From Microcoleus sp. (GTDB lineage: Bacteria > Cyanobacteriota > Cyanobacteriia > Cyanobacteriales > Microcoleaceae), in assembly GCA_052279835.1 (NCBI GenBank), contig CP181291.1, positions 4,128,001 through 4,192,000 of the forward strand: DNA of 64,000 nt, in the 5' to 3' direction. The translations under genes were made by a program, and so were the position numbers. Shown here piece by piece: positions 21,650 to 31,882 of the stretch. Positions within the stretch are counted from its first letter, which is position 1; every line of letters begins with the position of its first letter. The notes beneath the pieces are model-generated. The model did no database searches, had not been told where the DNA came from, and saw only the letters and a program-made list of their open reading frames with translations.

Positions 21650-24584
21650 TTTTACCTCGATGTTTTTATTGAATTAAGTTGAGTAAAAGTGATAAAGACT
21701 TACTTGCAAATATTTTGCGGAGCTTGGGGATTAGTCTGCAAGTAGCCGTGTAAATGTTTGCACCCTCGTTCTAGCAAACCCTCTAGAGTTAAATTTTCTA
21801 ACTCCCGCCATATAATTATACTACCGTCTGAACTGCCAGAGATCAGGATTTTACTATTTGTGGGATTAAAGCTAATACTATTAACCGCACCGCTATGACC
21901 CTTGAGAGTCGTGATGATAGTCCCATCTAAGTTCCACAGTTTAATGGTGCGATCATCACTAGCAGTAGCAATTGTATTACCGTCAGGACTGAAACGAACG
22001 CTCGTCACTTGATCGCTATGACCTGTTATATTTTTTAACAGTTGACCGTTGAGATTCCAAAGTTTTACAGTTTTGTCTTCACTAGCAGTAGCAATCAGGT
22101 TTCTTTGGGGATGAAAAGTTATATCCTGAACTGCTGCATCATGTCCTTCTAAAGTAGCTTTTGGTTTTCCTTTTAGATCCCAAAGCTTTGCCGTGAAATC
22201 GCCGCTAGCAGTAGCCATATAGTCACCATTAGGACTAAAAATAACAGTCCATATTTCTCTTTTATGAGCTAAGAACTCATTTTTATCTCTGCCATCTATA
22301 CCTAATATTTTCACAGTCCCTTTACTATCAGCAAAAGCAAGTAAGGGATTACTTATAATCGGATTAAAGCTAACGCTACTAGAACTTTCTAAAGGGCTTT
22401 GCCTAGATATATTCTTATCTAGTTGGTATTGTTTTCCTTGCCAAGTCCAAAGCTTGACAGTATCATCACGACTGCTACTAGCAATTTTATCGCCATTCGG
22501 CGGGCTGAACTCTACGCTATTAACTTGCTGGGTATGTCCGATTAAAGATTGTTGCCACTTGCCATTTTTATCCCAAATTTGTATTGCGTTATCTTGACCA
22601 GCACTAGCAAATTTTTGACCGTCAGGACTAAAGCTTACATAAAATACTTTCTGGCTATCAGCTTGGAGACGAGTCACTAAAGGCAGTTTAACTTGCCAAA
22701 GTCTTACTGTACGATCGCCACTAGCTGAAGCCAGGATATCTCCCTTCTTGTTAAAGCTAACGCTTTTTACTCGGCTGGTATGACCGCTAAGAGTTTCTAT
22801 TTTTTTTGTTTCTTTTTCGTTTTGCTCCCAAAGTTGCACTTGACCGTCTAAGTTTGCAGTGGCAATTGTTTTTTTGTCAGGACTAAAACTTACACTGGTA
22901 AATCCGCTTTCTCCCTTTATCGTTAGGTTACTCAGAGGAGTACCGTTTAATTTCCAAAATCTGACTATCTTATTTTGGCTAGCTGTAGCAATCATTTGAC
23001 CATCATGGCTAAAACTTACACTATTAACGCTGGAGTTGTGTTGCAAAATTATTGGATTTTGTGGTGGTACTTTTGGTGTTAACTTCCAAAGTTTGACAGT
23101 GCCATCTTGACTGGCAGAAGCTAACATATTTTCTTGTTTATTAAACCTTAAGTCGAAAACTGTCTTCTTATGAGGTTGAAATGAGTCTATCTTTTCTCCG
23201 TTGGTGGAGTTCCAGAAAGTGACTTTACCACTTTTATCGCCTGTGGCAATCCTGTCATTGGAGATGAAAGTAACGCTATAAACTAAATTGTCATGTGGCA
23301 AGGTGTCTTTCAAAGTGCCGTCTCGATTCCAAAGTTTTACATTTTTGTCGAAACTAGCACTGGCAATTATTTTGCTGTCGGGACTAAAATTTACAGAAAA
23401 GACTGAATCATTATGGGGTAATGAGATAGGTTTTTTTTGATTTTTTTCGAGGTTCCAGAGTTTTACTGTGTTGTCATAGCCAGCGCTAGCAAGCATTGTA
23501 CCGTCGGGGCTGAAACTTACGCTTTGAACGGTGTCGTTGTGAGCTTGGATGCGATCGCGCTCTCTTACCCAGTAAACTGCTTGTGTTAGGGTTTCCATCA
23601 CTTGTTCGCGCACTTCTTTATTGCCTGGAACCCAATCTATCTGTTTTAACCTAGTAGCTGCTTTTAAAGCTTCAACCAAAGGGTCGAGAGAATTTCGATT
23701 TAGAATAAATTTGGCTTCTGATGCTTGACTTAAAGCTAGGATTTGACCTCTTTGTGCGTTAATCCAAGCAGTTCCTGCCAGCATTGTCAATCCTGTCATG
23801 GCAATTAGAGATGCGATCGCAAACCGAGTCCGCTTTCGCTCTTGTTCTACTTTTTCTTGAATTTGCCGATCGCGCCTACCCAAACTCTCCCTCAAAAACT
23901 CACTTTTCAACAGAGAAAGTCTAGGCTGCTCCTTCTTCACCCAATCATCAATTGCCGCCAACCACGTACCCGCCAACAACAAACCTTCTGGCCGATTCTG
24001 CTTATTCCACTCCTGACAATCCCCCTCCAAACGCCGCTCTAAACGAATATTATCCCGATTATCCTCTATCCACTCTCGCAGTCGCCGCCACTCCGATAAC
24101 AACGCTTCATGAGCAACTTCTACCTTATTTTCATCGGTAATAATTAAACGCTGATTCCAATTCGCTAACTGCCGCGTCACTCGCTCCAATTGTTCTTGAG
24201 AATCTGCTTTATCCAGTAAATCTTGCCAACTGGCGCGGCGGCGCGTAACCTCCTGATTTTCTCCCAATTGTACCAATTCCAAAAACAGGCAGCGTACAAA
24301 TTTTTGATCGGCTTCAGCTAAATTTTGATAAAGTTCGTCAGCGCGTTTTTCTAATGCGCCTTTCACTCCTTTAATTTGTTTATAACCCTCAAAAGTTAGC
24401 TGGGTTTGCCCCTGATTTGAATCTGTAACGCAAACTCGCCAAAGCTCTGCCAAAGCATACTGCAATAGTGGTAAAGCTCCGGCTTGATTGACCACATCTC
24501 TAATAATTTGCGCTACCAATCCCGATTCAAATCTAATAGCGTGCTTTTCTGCTGGCTGTTCAATTGCTTCTGTTATAGCCTTTC

Positions 24585-25541
24585 TCAGATAGATGAGGTG
24601 CAATAACAGCAGTGAGTAAACCAATTCCACAGGTCTTGCTCATCAATTTGCTCAAATGCGCTTACTATCGCCGAGTCTAATGCTTGATAGGTTCTCGCAC
24701 CAAAAGTACGGAGAAGATACTTCAGCTTTGACCATACATTTTCAATTGGCGAAAAGTCGGGAGAATACGGGGGTAAAAATATTAACTTTGCTCCCGCTTT
24801 CTTAATGGCTTTTTCTATTTCTTCCCCTTTGTGAATACTATAGTTGTCCATCAATACACAAGCACCTTTCCAGAGTTTTGGCACAAGTTTTCTGATGATA
24901 AAAGCCTCAAAAGTAATCCCATCTATTGAGCCTAATAAATTCACTGATGTCAGCAGTTTTTTGACAGATATTGCTCCCAATATCGAGACATTTTTGCCAC
25001 GTCTATTTGGTTTAGGCCCAAGGGCTCTTGAGCCTTTTAACGACCGGGCATATAATCTAACCATAGCTAGATTAACCCCCGACTCATCAATAAATATTAA
25101 ATTATTCATATTCAGATTTCGGATTTGCTGCCAGAACTCATATCGAAGGTTTTGAACTCTGTCACTGCCTTTAGCTGAGGGGAAGAGAGTTTTTTTTTTG
25201 TAAGTTATGTTCAACCGTTGTGCCATTCTTCCCATTGTAGCCCTACTGATATTTACGCCGATTTTTTGCTCGAGTAAATGACAGAGTTCTTCGAGGGTGG
25301 CATCGTTATTTTTTTCAATTAATTCCGCTAAAATAACCAGTTGTTCAGGTTTGAGTTTAAGTAGGCCCCCGCATCGATGAGTTTGAGGGGCAATACTTTG
25401 GGTTTGGCGATACTGTTTAAGCAATTTTTGAACGAAGCTAGTCGCCACACAAAACCGCTTGGCTATTTGTCTTTGTGAGATGGGCTCACTATGGTAAACA
25501 TTAATTATTTTTTGTCGAAAGTCAATAGAATAAGATTTCAT
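24585..25541 (-). CDS. IS630 transposase
   Basis: MKSYSIDFRQK start; DDE motifs FIDESG, MDNYSIH, PYSPDFSPIE. Confidence 0.93.
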   Translation of the reverse strand: MKSYSIDFRQKIINVYHSEPISQRQIAKRFCVATSFVQKLLKQYRQTQSIAPQTHRCGGLLKLKPEQLVILAELIEKNNDATLEELCHLLEQKIGVNISRATMGRMAQRLNITYKKKTLFPSAKGSDRVQNLRYEFWQQIRNLNMNNLIFIDESGVNLAMVRLYARSLKGSRALGPKPNRRGKNVSILGAISVKKLLTSVNLLGSIDGITFEAFIIRKLVPKLWKGACVLMDNYSIHKGEEIEKAIKKAGAKLIFLPPYSPDFSPIENVWSKLKYLLRTFGARTYQALDSAIVSAFEQIDEQDLWNWFTHCCYCTSSI

Positions 25542-25579
25542 TTTTAGTAAGGTGTGATGCTTTTTACAATCAGGGAATA

Positions 25580-25718
25580 GCTGTGACCCGATCGACTGCT
25601 TTTGGCGATCGACTGCTGTGACCCGATCGACTGCTTTTGGCGATCGACTGCTTTTGGCGATCGACTGCTGTGACCCGATCGACTGCTGTGACCCGATCGA
25701 CTGCTGTGACCCGATCGG
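25580..25718. repeat. Eight-unit mixed 17/18-bp tandem repeat inside the IS630 leader
   Basis: Units CTGCTGTGACCCGATCGA and CTGCTTTTGGCGATCGA in irregular order. Confidence 0.95.
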
Positions 25719-27346
25719 GGCTTCAATCACAAGATTGAATTAGAGCTGTGCGATCTTTTTGAACTAAATATTTTCCACTCTGTTCTTGTCAGTTACATTG
25801 TATCTCATCTACCTGAGAAAGGCTATAATTCAGCCGTAGTCATCGGGGTAACTAAATAAGTCGTTGGCTGCGTACAGTTAATCAAGTTTGCTGTCTCTTC
25901 ATAGCCAGCGCACCGATCTAGAAAATCTCCCCGAATTGCTACAATTACCCGCGTGTGCCCGTATATTTTAGTAGCTTCTTGGGTAATTTTACTAATGAAT
26001 TCCCGCTGTTGAGATTCATCTGAACCTAGTGTAAACAATTCCTCAAATTGATCGATGAATAGCAAAAATGTTTTGTCTGGTTCTCGATTTGCTAAAGCTT
26101 GCTCTAACTTCTCCAAAGGATATTTGCCAGGAGTGAAAATTTTCACTTCCCACTGACTGCTATCGGGAATCAGATCGCGATTCAATTCAGGCAGTACCCC
26201 CGCCTTTACCAGCGAAGATTTACCGCAACCAGACGGGCCAATCACTGCTAAAAATCTGCTCTTGCTGAGCCGTTCTCCTATACCTCTGACTGCCGCTTTT
26301 CGACCAAAAAAATAATCTTTTTTATTGGCATCAAATGCCATTAGCCCTAAATAAGGATTTTCTCTATTAACCACAGCTTGCGCTGCTGGAACTTCAACTA
26401 CAGGCGGAGCGATCGCCAGTGGGTTATTGATTAAAATAATCGAAGTTCCCCAGCCTAATTTTAAAGGCTGTTGCGTGGCTCCTCTGAGTTCCCGGCTGAT
26501 GTAGTCGTAGAGGCGATCGCAGCTAATTTCCCCATCGCTGCTGGCATTTTCTGCTCTCAATCCTCTCAGCAAAGCACCTGTAAAAACACTATTTTTCTCA
26601 CTTTTTCGTGCCTTTCCTGTTTGAAATCCACGACAGGCAGCAATCAAATAATAATCCTTCTCCAAGCTGATGCCAAAACTGTGCGTGATCAAATTGCGCT
26701 CGATAAAATTACCGCTGTGGCAGCAATCCAATAAGACAACTAAACTGCTCAACTCAGACTCGCTGATTAAGTCATTTAGATCGTTAAAAGGAATCCCGCC
26801 TTGTACTTCAATAATACGCAACTCATCTTTGTTGCCCTCTGATTTGATGACATCACCTTTGATCTGGCAATCAGACGTAGCCAAATACCCCCTCGGCTTT
26901 CCAGAAAGCCCCTCTGCCTTCAGCCCATGTCCCGTAAAATATATTAACGCATCCTTATTTCGGGCTTGCTCAAGGAGCAAAGTTTCTATAGCTTGCCACA
27001 ATTCTTTAGCTGTTACTGGCTGATTCACCATTTCCCGCTTTTTTGTTTCTGGATTAATGCGAGATGGTAAACGCTGTACTTCTGTAAAATCTCCATATTG
27101 CTCTAAGACTTGTGCTACGGCTTCGGCATCTGCTGTGGGCTTTTCCAGATGAGGCAAACCTTTAGTATTATACTGACCGATACCAACAATGAGGGCGTAA
27201 CGAGCCATTGAAGGAAAACCTTTGTGTAGGAATACTGATATTTATGAACTGACACCCTTTTTTCGTCCGATCTAATAAACTAGGATAGACGAAAATTTCT
27301 GAAACAACTACAAAATTCACAAAAGTTCACTTAAATTTTAGAGAGG

Positions 27347-27736
27347 TTGCCAATGTCAGAAGTACAGCGCTTGTTAGTTGAAGTCGAGGGTGAAACCTAT
27401 GAAATCTATGTCGAATCAAGGGAAACTCCTATTATGCCAGAGGTTGCACCTAATCTAAACTCAGATGACGAGGAGGAATCCTACTCTTTTCAACTCGAAG
27501 ATGCCGCCGTTAAAATGCAGGAAGCTCGCCGAGTCATTCGGGGCTATTCCCTTTATACCATTAGTGCTTTCAAAAATTTTGGCCTCGCTAAGGTAGAAGA
27601 GGTTAAACTAAAATTTGGTATCAAGATGGGGGGTAAAGCTGGTATTCCTTACATCACTGAAGGTTCTGCCGACTGCAATGTAGAAATAGAAGTTAAGTTT
27701 ACTTTCCCTAACGAAACTGAGGAGCGATCGTCTTAA
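27347..27736 (+). CDS. Trypco1/CU044_2847-like small protein (protease co-occurring family)
   Basis: Acidic N-terminus, then EEVKLKFGIKMGGKAGIPYITEGSADCNVEIEVKF; adjacent to the caspase gene; ATG at 27353 is an alternative start. Confidence 0.7.
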   Translation: MPMSEVQRLLVEVEGETYEIYVESRETPIMPEVAPNLNSDDEEESYSFQLEDAAVKMQEARRVIRGYSLYTISAFKNFGLAKVEEVKLKFGIKMGGKAGIPYITEGSADCNVEIEVKFTFPNETEERSS

Positions 27737-27841
27737 ATTAGCCTTGATGCCATCAAAAGGGCTGCTTTCTACCAAAAGTTAGATTCAAAAGCAGCCCTGA
27801 TAATTGTAGCCTTAGCCTATACAAGGCCTAACAACATTAAT

Positions 27842-27905
27842 ATGCAAATTCAAATACCAGACTGGGTTAAACACGCCGTATTTTAACAAATATTCCCCCG
27901 ATCGC
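27842..27905 (+). pseudogene. 5' fragment of a GH13 neopullulanase/alpha-amylase-like gene
   Basis: Translates MQIQIPDWVKHAVF*QIFP, matching the PDWVKHAVFYQIFPDRF N-terminus of that family with Tyr changed to a stop. Confidence 0.7.
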
Positions 27906-27996
27906 AAAAATCTCTCCCTTCCATACCCCGATACCCGACTTCTTCAAGAAATCGGGTATCTAAAGCAACCTAATTAACTCCTAAAAGCGCTAAAAA

Positions 27997-29094
27997 CTAC
28001 TTATTTTTCTGCTGAGTCTTAGCTTGTTCGATCGCAATTTCCTTCACAGCCTGAAACGAATTCAAATTCGACGCACCTTCAATCGCCTTCACCGCCAAAT
28101 CTTGCACCTGTTTCAACGCAGAATCTAATTGTTTCGACAAGCTAGCAATCCGAGACTCTTGATTTTGAATAGTCTGCAACATACCTTGAATTTGCAGTTC
28201 ATAATTTTGCTTTTGTCCTTCCAAATCTTTAGCAAACAAATCCGCCTTCACTTTAGCTTGATAATTGCCGATGTTCCGACCATTATCTTTACCATTCTTG
28301 ATATTAGCTTCCAGTTCTTTCGGAAAAGCTTCCACCTTTGCTTTCACCTCAGCATAAAGTTTTTCCCGTTCCGCAATAGATTTCTCCCGTTCCGCCCACT
28401 GTTTCTCCTGTTTCTGCTTAAATTCTTCGATTTCTTTGTACAGCCTTTGCTGGCGCTGTTCATATTCTTCGATATCCAGATTGCGCTGAAGCTCCAAATC
28501 ATAATCATACAACTCTTCATCCCGATCGCGAACTTTTTGCTCGCTATCATTCCGTTCTTGAACTGCTAATTCTTGCAGTTGTTGCTCTTTTTCCCAAGCC
28601 TTGCGTAATTCCTGGAGTTCCTGTTCAATAGTTTCTCGCTGTTGGCTGATTTCTTCAGTAAATGTTTTCGCACTTTCTTCGTATTCTTGGATTAAATTAT
28701 CCAGGGTATCTTCTGCAACATCTTCTAAACTGTGTAACTCTTGGAGTTGTTGAACTTCCTCACCCACATTCCGCCGTAATTCCTCCAGTTTAGACGCTTC
28801 CGAGGTCAGTTTTTCAGACAATTCGCTGACCGCACCACCGAAGCCAAATTGCAGTAAAATTAAATTGTCGATCGTAGCCTGCATTTTTTGTTGAGTTTGA
28901 GTTACAACCATTGGTTTATTTACCTCGATAATCGCTTTTTCTGGAACTACTGTTTGCTTTTGCGAAACATTGACTGATGGGCTTTTATTAACCTGCTTCA
29001 GTTGCAATTCCAAAGCAGCCTTAGCTTCTGTTGCTTCTTTGTATGCTTCCAAAATTTCAGCTTTGGTACTCTTATCACTCACTTTTTTGTTCAC
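27997..29094 (-). CDS. Long coiled-coil protein, paralog of 29206-30183
   Basis: Glu/Gln/Lys-rich heptad sequence; shares LSEKL..E.SKL.EL and AKVKADL...YEL...QDLA.KA blocks with its neighbour. Confidence 0.9.
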   Translation of the reverse strand: MNKKVSDKSTKAEILEAYKEATEAKAALELQLKQVNKSPSVNVSQKQTVVPEKAIIEVNKPMVVTQTQQKMQATIDNLILLQFGFGGAVSELSEKLTSEASKLEELRRNVGEEVQQLQELHSLEDVAEDTLDNLIQEYEESAKTFTEEISQQRETIEQELQELRKAWEKEQQLQELAVQERNDSEQKVRDRDEELYDYDLELQRNLDIEEYEQRQQRLYKEIEEFKQKQEKQWAEREKSIAEREKLYAEVKAKVEAFPKELEANIKNGKDNGRNIGNYQAKVKADLFAKDLEGQKQNYELQIQGMLQTIQNQESRIASLSKQLDSALKQVQDLAVKAIEGASNLNSFQAVKEIAIEQAKTQQKNK

Positions 29095-29205
29095 AACTTT
29101 TCATCTCCTAATCATTGGGCGATTTTTGTTTGATTTAAGTTCAAATTCTTAGTCCGCGCAGGCGGACTTCGCTTGTGTAGTCGCGGTTTAAACCGCCGAA
29201 TTTCT

Positions 29206-30183
29206 TTAAGATTTAGTAGCAAAAGCTTTCATTGCCAAATCTTGCGCTTGCTTCATCGTAGCTTGCAGTTGCGCCGAAATTTCTGCAATTTGTTCAGTTT
29301 GTCGCCCAATAGTCTGCTGCAAAGATTGCACTTTCAATTCATATCCCTGCTTAGTTCCTTCCCATTCTTTATCCACTAAATCTGCTTTGACTTTAGCTTC
29401 GCGGGAAACCTCTTGAATGGCTTCTTCTTTGGCTTTTATATAAGCCTGTTTGAGTTCTTCTTCAAATCCGGCTGCTTTAGTTTGATTCTTTTCAAACTCA
29501 GCTTGATTGTCACTCAGGACTTGTTCACGCTCTACCCAATTCTTCTCTTTTTCGCGGGTATATTGCTGCAATTCTCGTTCTAGTTTGCGTTTCTTTTCTT
29601 CGTATTCGTCAGTTTCAATTTTGCGAGTGCGTTCTAATTCGTAGCGATAATCGGCTGTTTCCTGTTGACGTTCTTTGAGTATTAGTGCAGTTTGTTCTGC
29701 AACTGCTACGTCGAATTCTTGTTGTTCTTTTTCCCAGATTTTGCGTTTTTGAAGCCTGTCTTTTTCGATAACTTCGTGCTGAAGGGCTGCACTTTGCTCT
29801 AAGGCTGTTATTTTCTCTTGGTGTTCTTGGGTTAAAATATAGAGTGCATCTGCTACAACTCGGATTTGCTGCAATTGTTGCAATTGTGCTGTTTCTATTT
29901 CAAGGGCGCGCTTTAATTCATCTAATTTTGATAATTCCGTATTTAATTTTTCCGAAAGTCCGCTGATGATGTTACCAAAATCTAATTGTAAGTCGGCTAA
30001 ACCTTTGACAATACTGTCAATTGTATAGGTAGAAGCGACTTCGAGGAGTTGTTGGTTTTTGGCTTTTTCGGCTGACTGTTCTTTCGTTTCTACCTTCGAT
30101 TCAATCTTTTTTCTTTCAGCTATAATTTGCTGAAAATTTTGATGGATTTTGGCTTTGCTTTCTTTGGCTGTTCCTAGTGTCAT
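29206..30183 (-). CDS. Long coiled-coil protein, paralog of 27997-29094
   Basis: Same shared blocks; AGGAG RBS upstream. Confidence 0.9.
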   Translation of the reverse strand: MTLGTAKESKAKIHQNFQQIIAERKKIESKVETKEQSAEKAKNQQLLEVASTYTIDSIVKGLADLQLDFGNIISGLSEKLNTELSKLDELKRALEIETAQLQQLQQIRVVADALYILTQEHQEKITALEQSAALQHEVIEKDRLQKRKIWEKEQQEFDVAVAEQTALILKERQQETADYRYELERTRKIETDEYEEKKRKLERELQQYTREKEKNWVEREQVLSDNQAEFEKNQTKAAGFEEELKQAYIKAKEEAIQEVSREAKVKADLVDKEWEGTKQGYELKVQSLQQTIGRQTEQIAEISAQLQATMKQAQDLAMKAFATKS

Positions 30184-30238
30184 AATGCTGGTTTCTCCTG
30201 ATTCTAATTTTTATTTCTGTGTGTACAGAGGTGTTTAG

Positions 30239-30607
30239 CTATCCTAACTTGCGGAGTTTGCTAAGGAGAGTTTGGTATTTTTGAACTGCATCCGGTTTGG
30301 GTTCTAGATTTTCGCCTCCTAAAGTTTTGAGAATTTCCAAACAGCGCCCGCAGCGCTTCCCTTCCCGGCAAGTGCACTCGTCAATTATACTCAAAAGTTT
30401 GCCTGTTAGCAATTGATTCTGCGCCAATAAGGCTTGGTAATTTTGCTGAATTGATTCTGTAACTAAAGTCATGTGCTGGCACATTTCTGTGAGACTTTCA
30501 ATGTCGTTTATAGAATCGGCTCGAATTTGTTCTATCAGCTCTAAATTTGCTCTCAAACGGCTCTCCATCAGATGCGATGGGTTTTGGATGTTCGTTATTT
30601 TCGGCAT
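30239..30607 (-). CDS. Hypothetical coiled-coil protein with Cys4 cluster
   Basis: CTCREGKRCGRC after a helical segment; co-oriented within the operon. Confidence 0.8.
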   Translation of the reverse strand: MPKITNIQNPSHLMESRLRANLELIEQIRADSINDIESLTEMCQHMTLVTESIQQNYQALLAQNQLLTGKLLSIIDECTCREGKRCGRCLEILKTLGGENLEPKPDAVQKYQTLLSKLRKLG

Positions 30608-30624
30608 CGGTTCAAATTAGTAAT

Positions 30625-30669
30625 AATCTAGGGAAAGGGCGAGATATAATCGCGCCCTTTCCCTAGATT
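30625..30669. terminator. 17-bp-stem intra-operon hairpin
   Basis: AATCTAGGGAAAGGGCG ... CGCCCTTTCCCTAGATT at the stop of 30669-31370. Confidence 0.55.
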
Positions 30670-31370
30670 TAGAACAAGTCGGCAGTTGATTTATCTTGGG
30701 CGGCTGGCAGTGAGATAGCGCCGTTAGAGTTTAAAGAAAGGGCATCATTTTCACCGTTAGCATGGGCCGCCATCAAACAGGCAACTTCCTGGGGAGGGAG
30801 ATTGTCCAAACAGATCATTTGCCGCGTTCCTTCCAAATCTATCATCCGAGATTGATTGCTCATATCGGACAATACTGCGGCGGCTTGGTCGATGATTACC
30901 CAGTCTTTGCGCTCAATCCAAGACCATTTTAAGCTGTAGTAATTGATTGGTTTTACTACTCCGCTATCATCTGGTTTTTGACCGGAATGTTTGGTAAATT
31001 CTGGAATGAAGATACCTGTAGCTGGCTCTACTCCGCGAGATTGAACGGAGGCAACTAAGCGGTTAAAATCGTTTAGACTGCGGTTTTTGATGTATGTTAC
31101 CATCACAACTCCTTGGGGTAGTTCGCCACTTTCGGCGACAAACCAGAGTTGACCCCAAAGTGTGTGGGAAGTTTGACCTAAAGTGCCGAAGAATTTGGAG
31201 AATTTGAGGATTGTCATGGAGCATTTGCTACCATAATCGGTATCGCCGATTGTCCACTGTCCGCTTTGACAATTGTTACGAACGGCGATGGGGATTTCTG
31301 GTACTAGCAAAGCGTTGCTAGGTTTAGCGCCAAATACTGAAAATACTGGTCTTTCTTGTATTTTAGTCAT
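30669..31370 (-). CDS. Hypothetical beta-rich protein, possibly ssDNA-binding
   Basis: AAGGA RBS; aromatic-rich beta-type core, low-complexity tail ending ADLF; function is inference. Confidence 0.85.
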   Translation of the reverse strand: MTKIQERPVFSVFGAKPSNALLVPEIPIAVRNNCQSGQWTIGDTDYGSKCSMTILKFSKFFGTLGQTSHTLWGQLWFVAESGELPQGVVMVTYIKNRSLNDFNRLVASVQSRGVEPATGIFIPEFTKHSGQKPDDSGVVKPINYYSLKWSWIERKDWVIIDQAAAVLSDMSNQSRMIDLEGTRQMICLDNLPPQEVACLMAAHANGENDALSLNSNGAISLPAAQDKSTADLF

Positions 31371-31475
31371 TGTCTTTTCCTTTAATTATTGATTTACAGC
31401 AAATTGGGCATTGGGAATCGGGCATTGGGCATTGGGAATAGTTTCTTCCTTCTTCCTTCTTCCTTCTTCCTTCAA

Positions 31476-31742
31476 TTACCTAATGAGATGTTTGGCTTTT
31501 TTTGATTCGGGATATGTGTATTCAAGCATCGCTTCTTGCTGAGCTTTAATTATCCGCAGCGCAGCGAGTAAATGCTCTAACATTTCTAGGTGGGCTGGGG
31601 TGAAGTGGATGCTGAAGCCTTCGCCATCCCTTGCATAACCCGGACATACCAGTGAGGCCGAGTTTTGTTCTTCGTGGGTGGCGATGTATAGCCAGTCGTC
31701 GTCTTCTAGCTTGTAATGGGTGTCTGTCCAGGTTCTCAGCAT
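31476..31742 (-). CDS. Hypothetical protein, first gene of the leftward operon
   Basis: AAGGAGG RBS upstream of ATG; co-oriented with four downstream genes. Confidence 0.75.
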   Translation of the reverse strand: MLRTWTDTHYKLEDDDWLYIATHEEQNSASLVCPGYARDGEGFSIHFTPAHLEMLEHLLAALRIIKAQQEAMLEYTYPESKKAKHLIR

Positions 31743-31882
31743 TGGCTATCTGTTCCTCCTTGTTTTCTCAGTACAAGCGTTTTGACCGATCGCACTTATG
31801 ATTGTTTTGACCATTCACAGGCTGTATCTAGCGTGTTGTGTCTTCGTTTTTGGGCTTTTTACTCTACCTGTATGGCTTTTGT

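Larger units (their letters stand above)
24576..25825 (-). mobile_element. IS630-family insertion sequence, 1250 bp
   Basis: About 29-bp imperfect inverted repeats (TAGCCTTTCTCAGRTAGATGAG...) flanked by duplicated TA at 24574-75 and 25826-27. Confidence 0.95.
21700..27208 (-). pseudogene. Caspase-like (C14) + nSTAND NTPase + TM + WD40 protein interrupted by IS630 (1418 aa when rejoined)
   Basis: FTGHG and LDCCHSG dyad; GPSGCGKSS; FIDQFEE; many WD40 repeats; removing 24576-25825 and one TA restores ...PMTTAEL-TEAIEQP... in frame. Confidence 0.92.

Noticed and set aside
25542..25730. N-terminal extension of the IS630 transposase, or CRISPR-like array
   Set aside because: It is a translated minisatellite without spacers; the recognisable transposase starts at 25541
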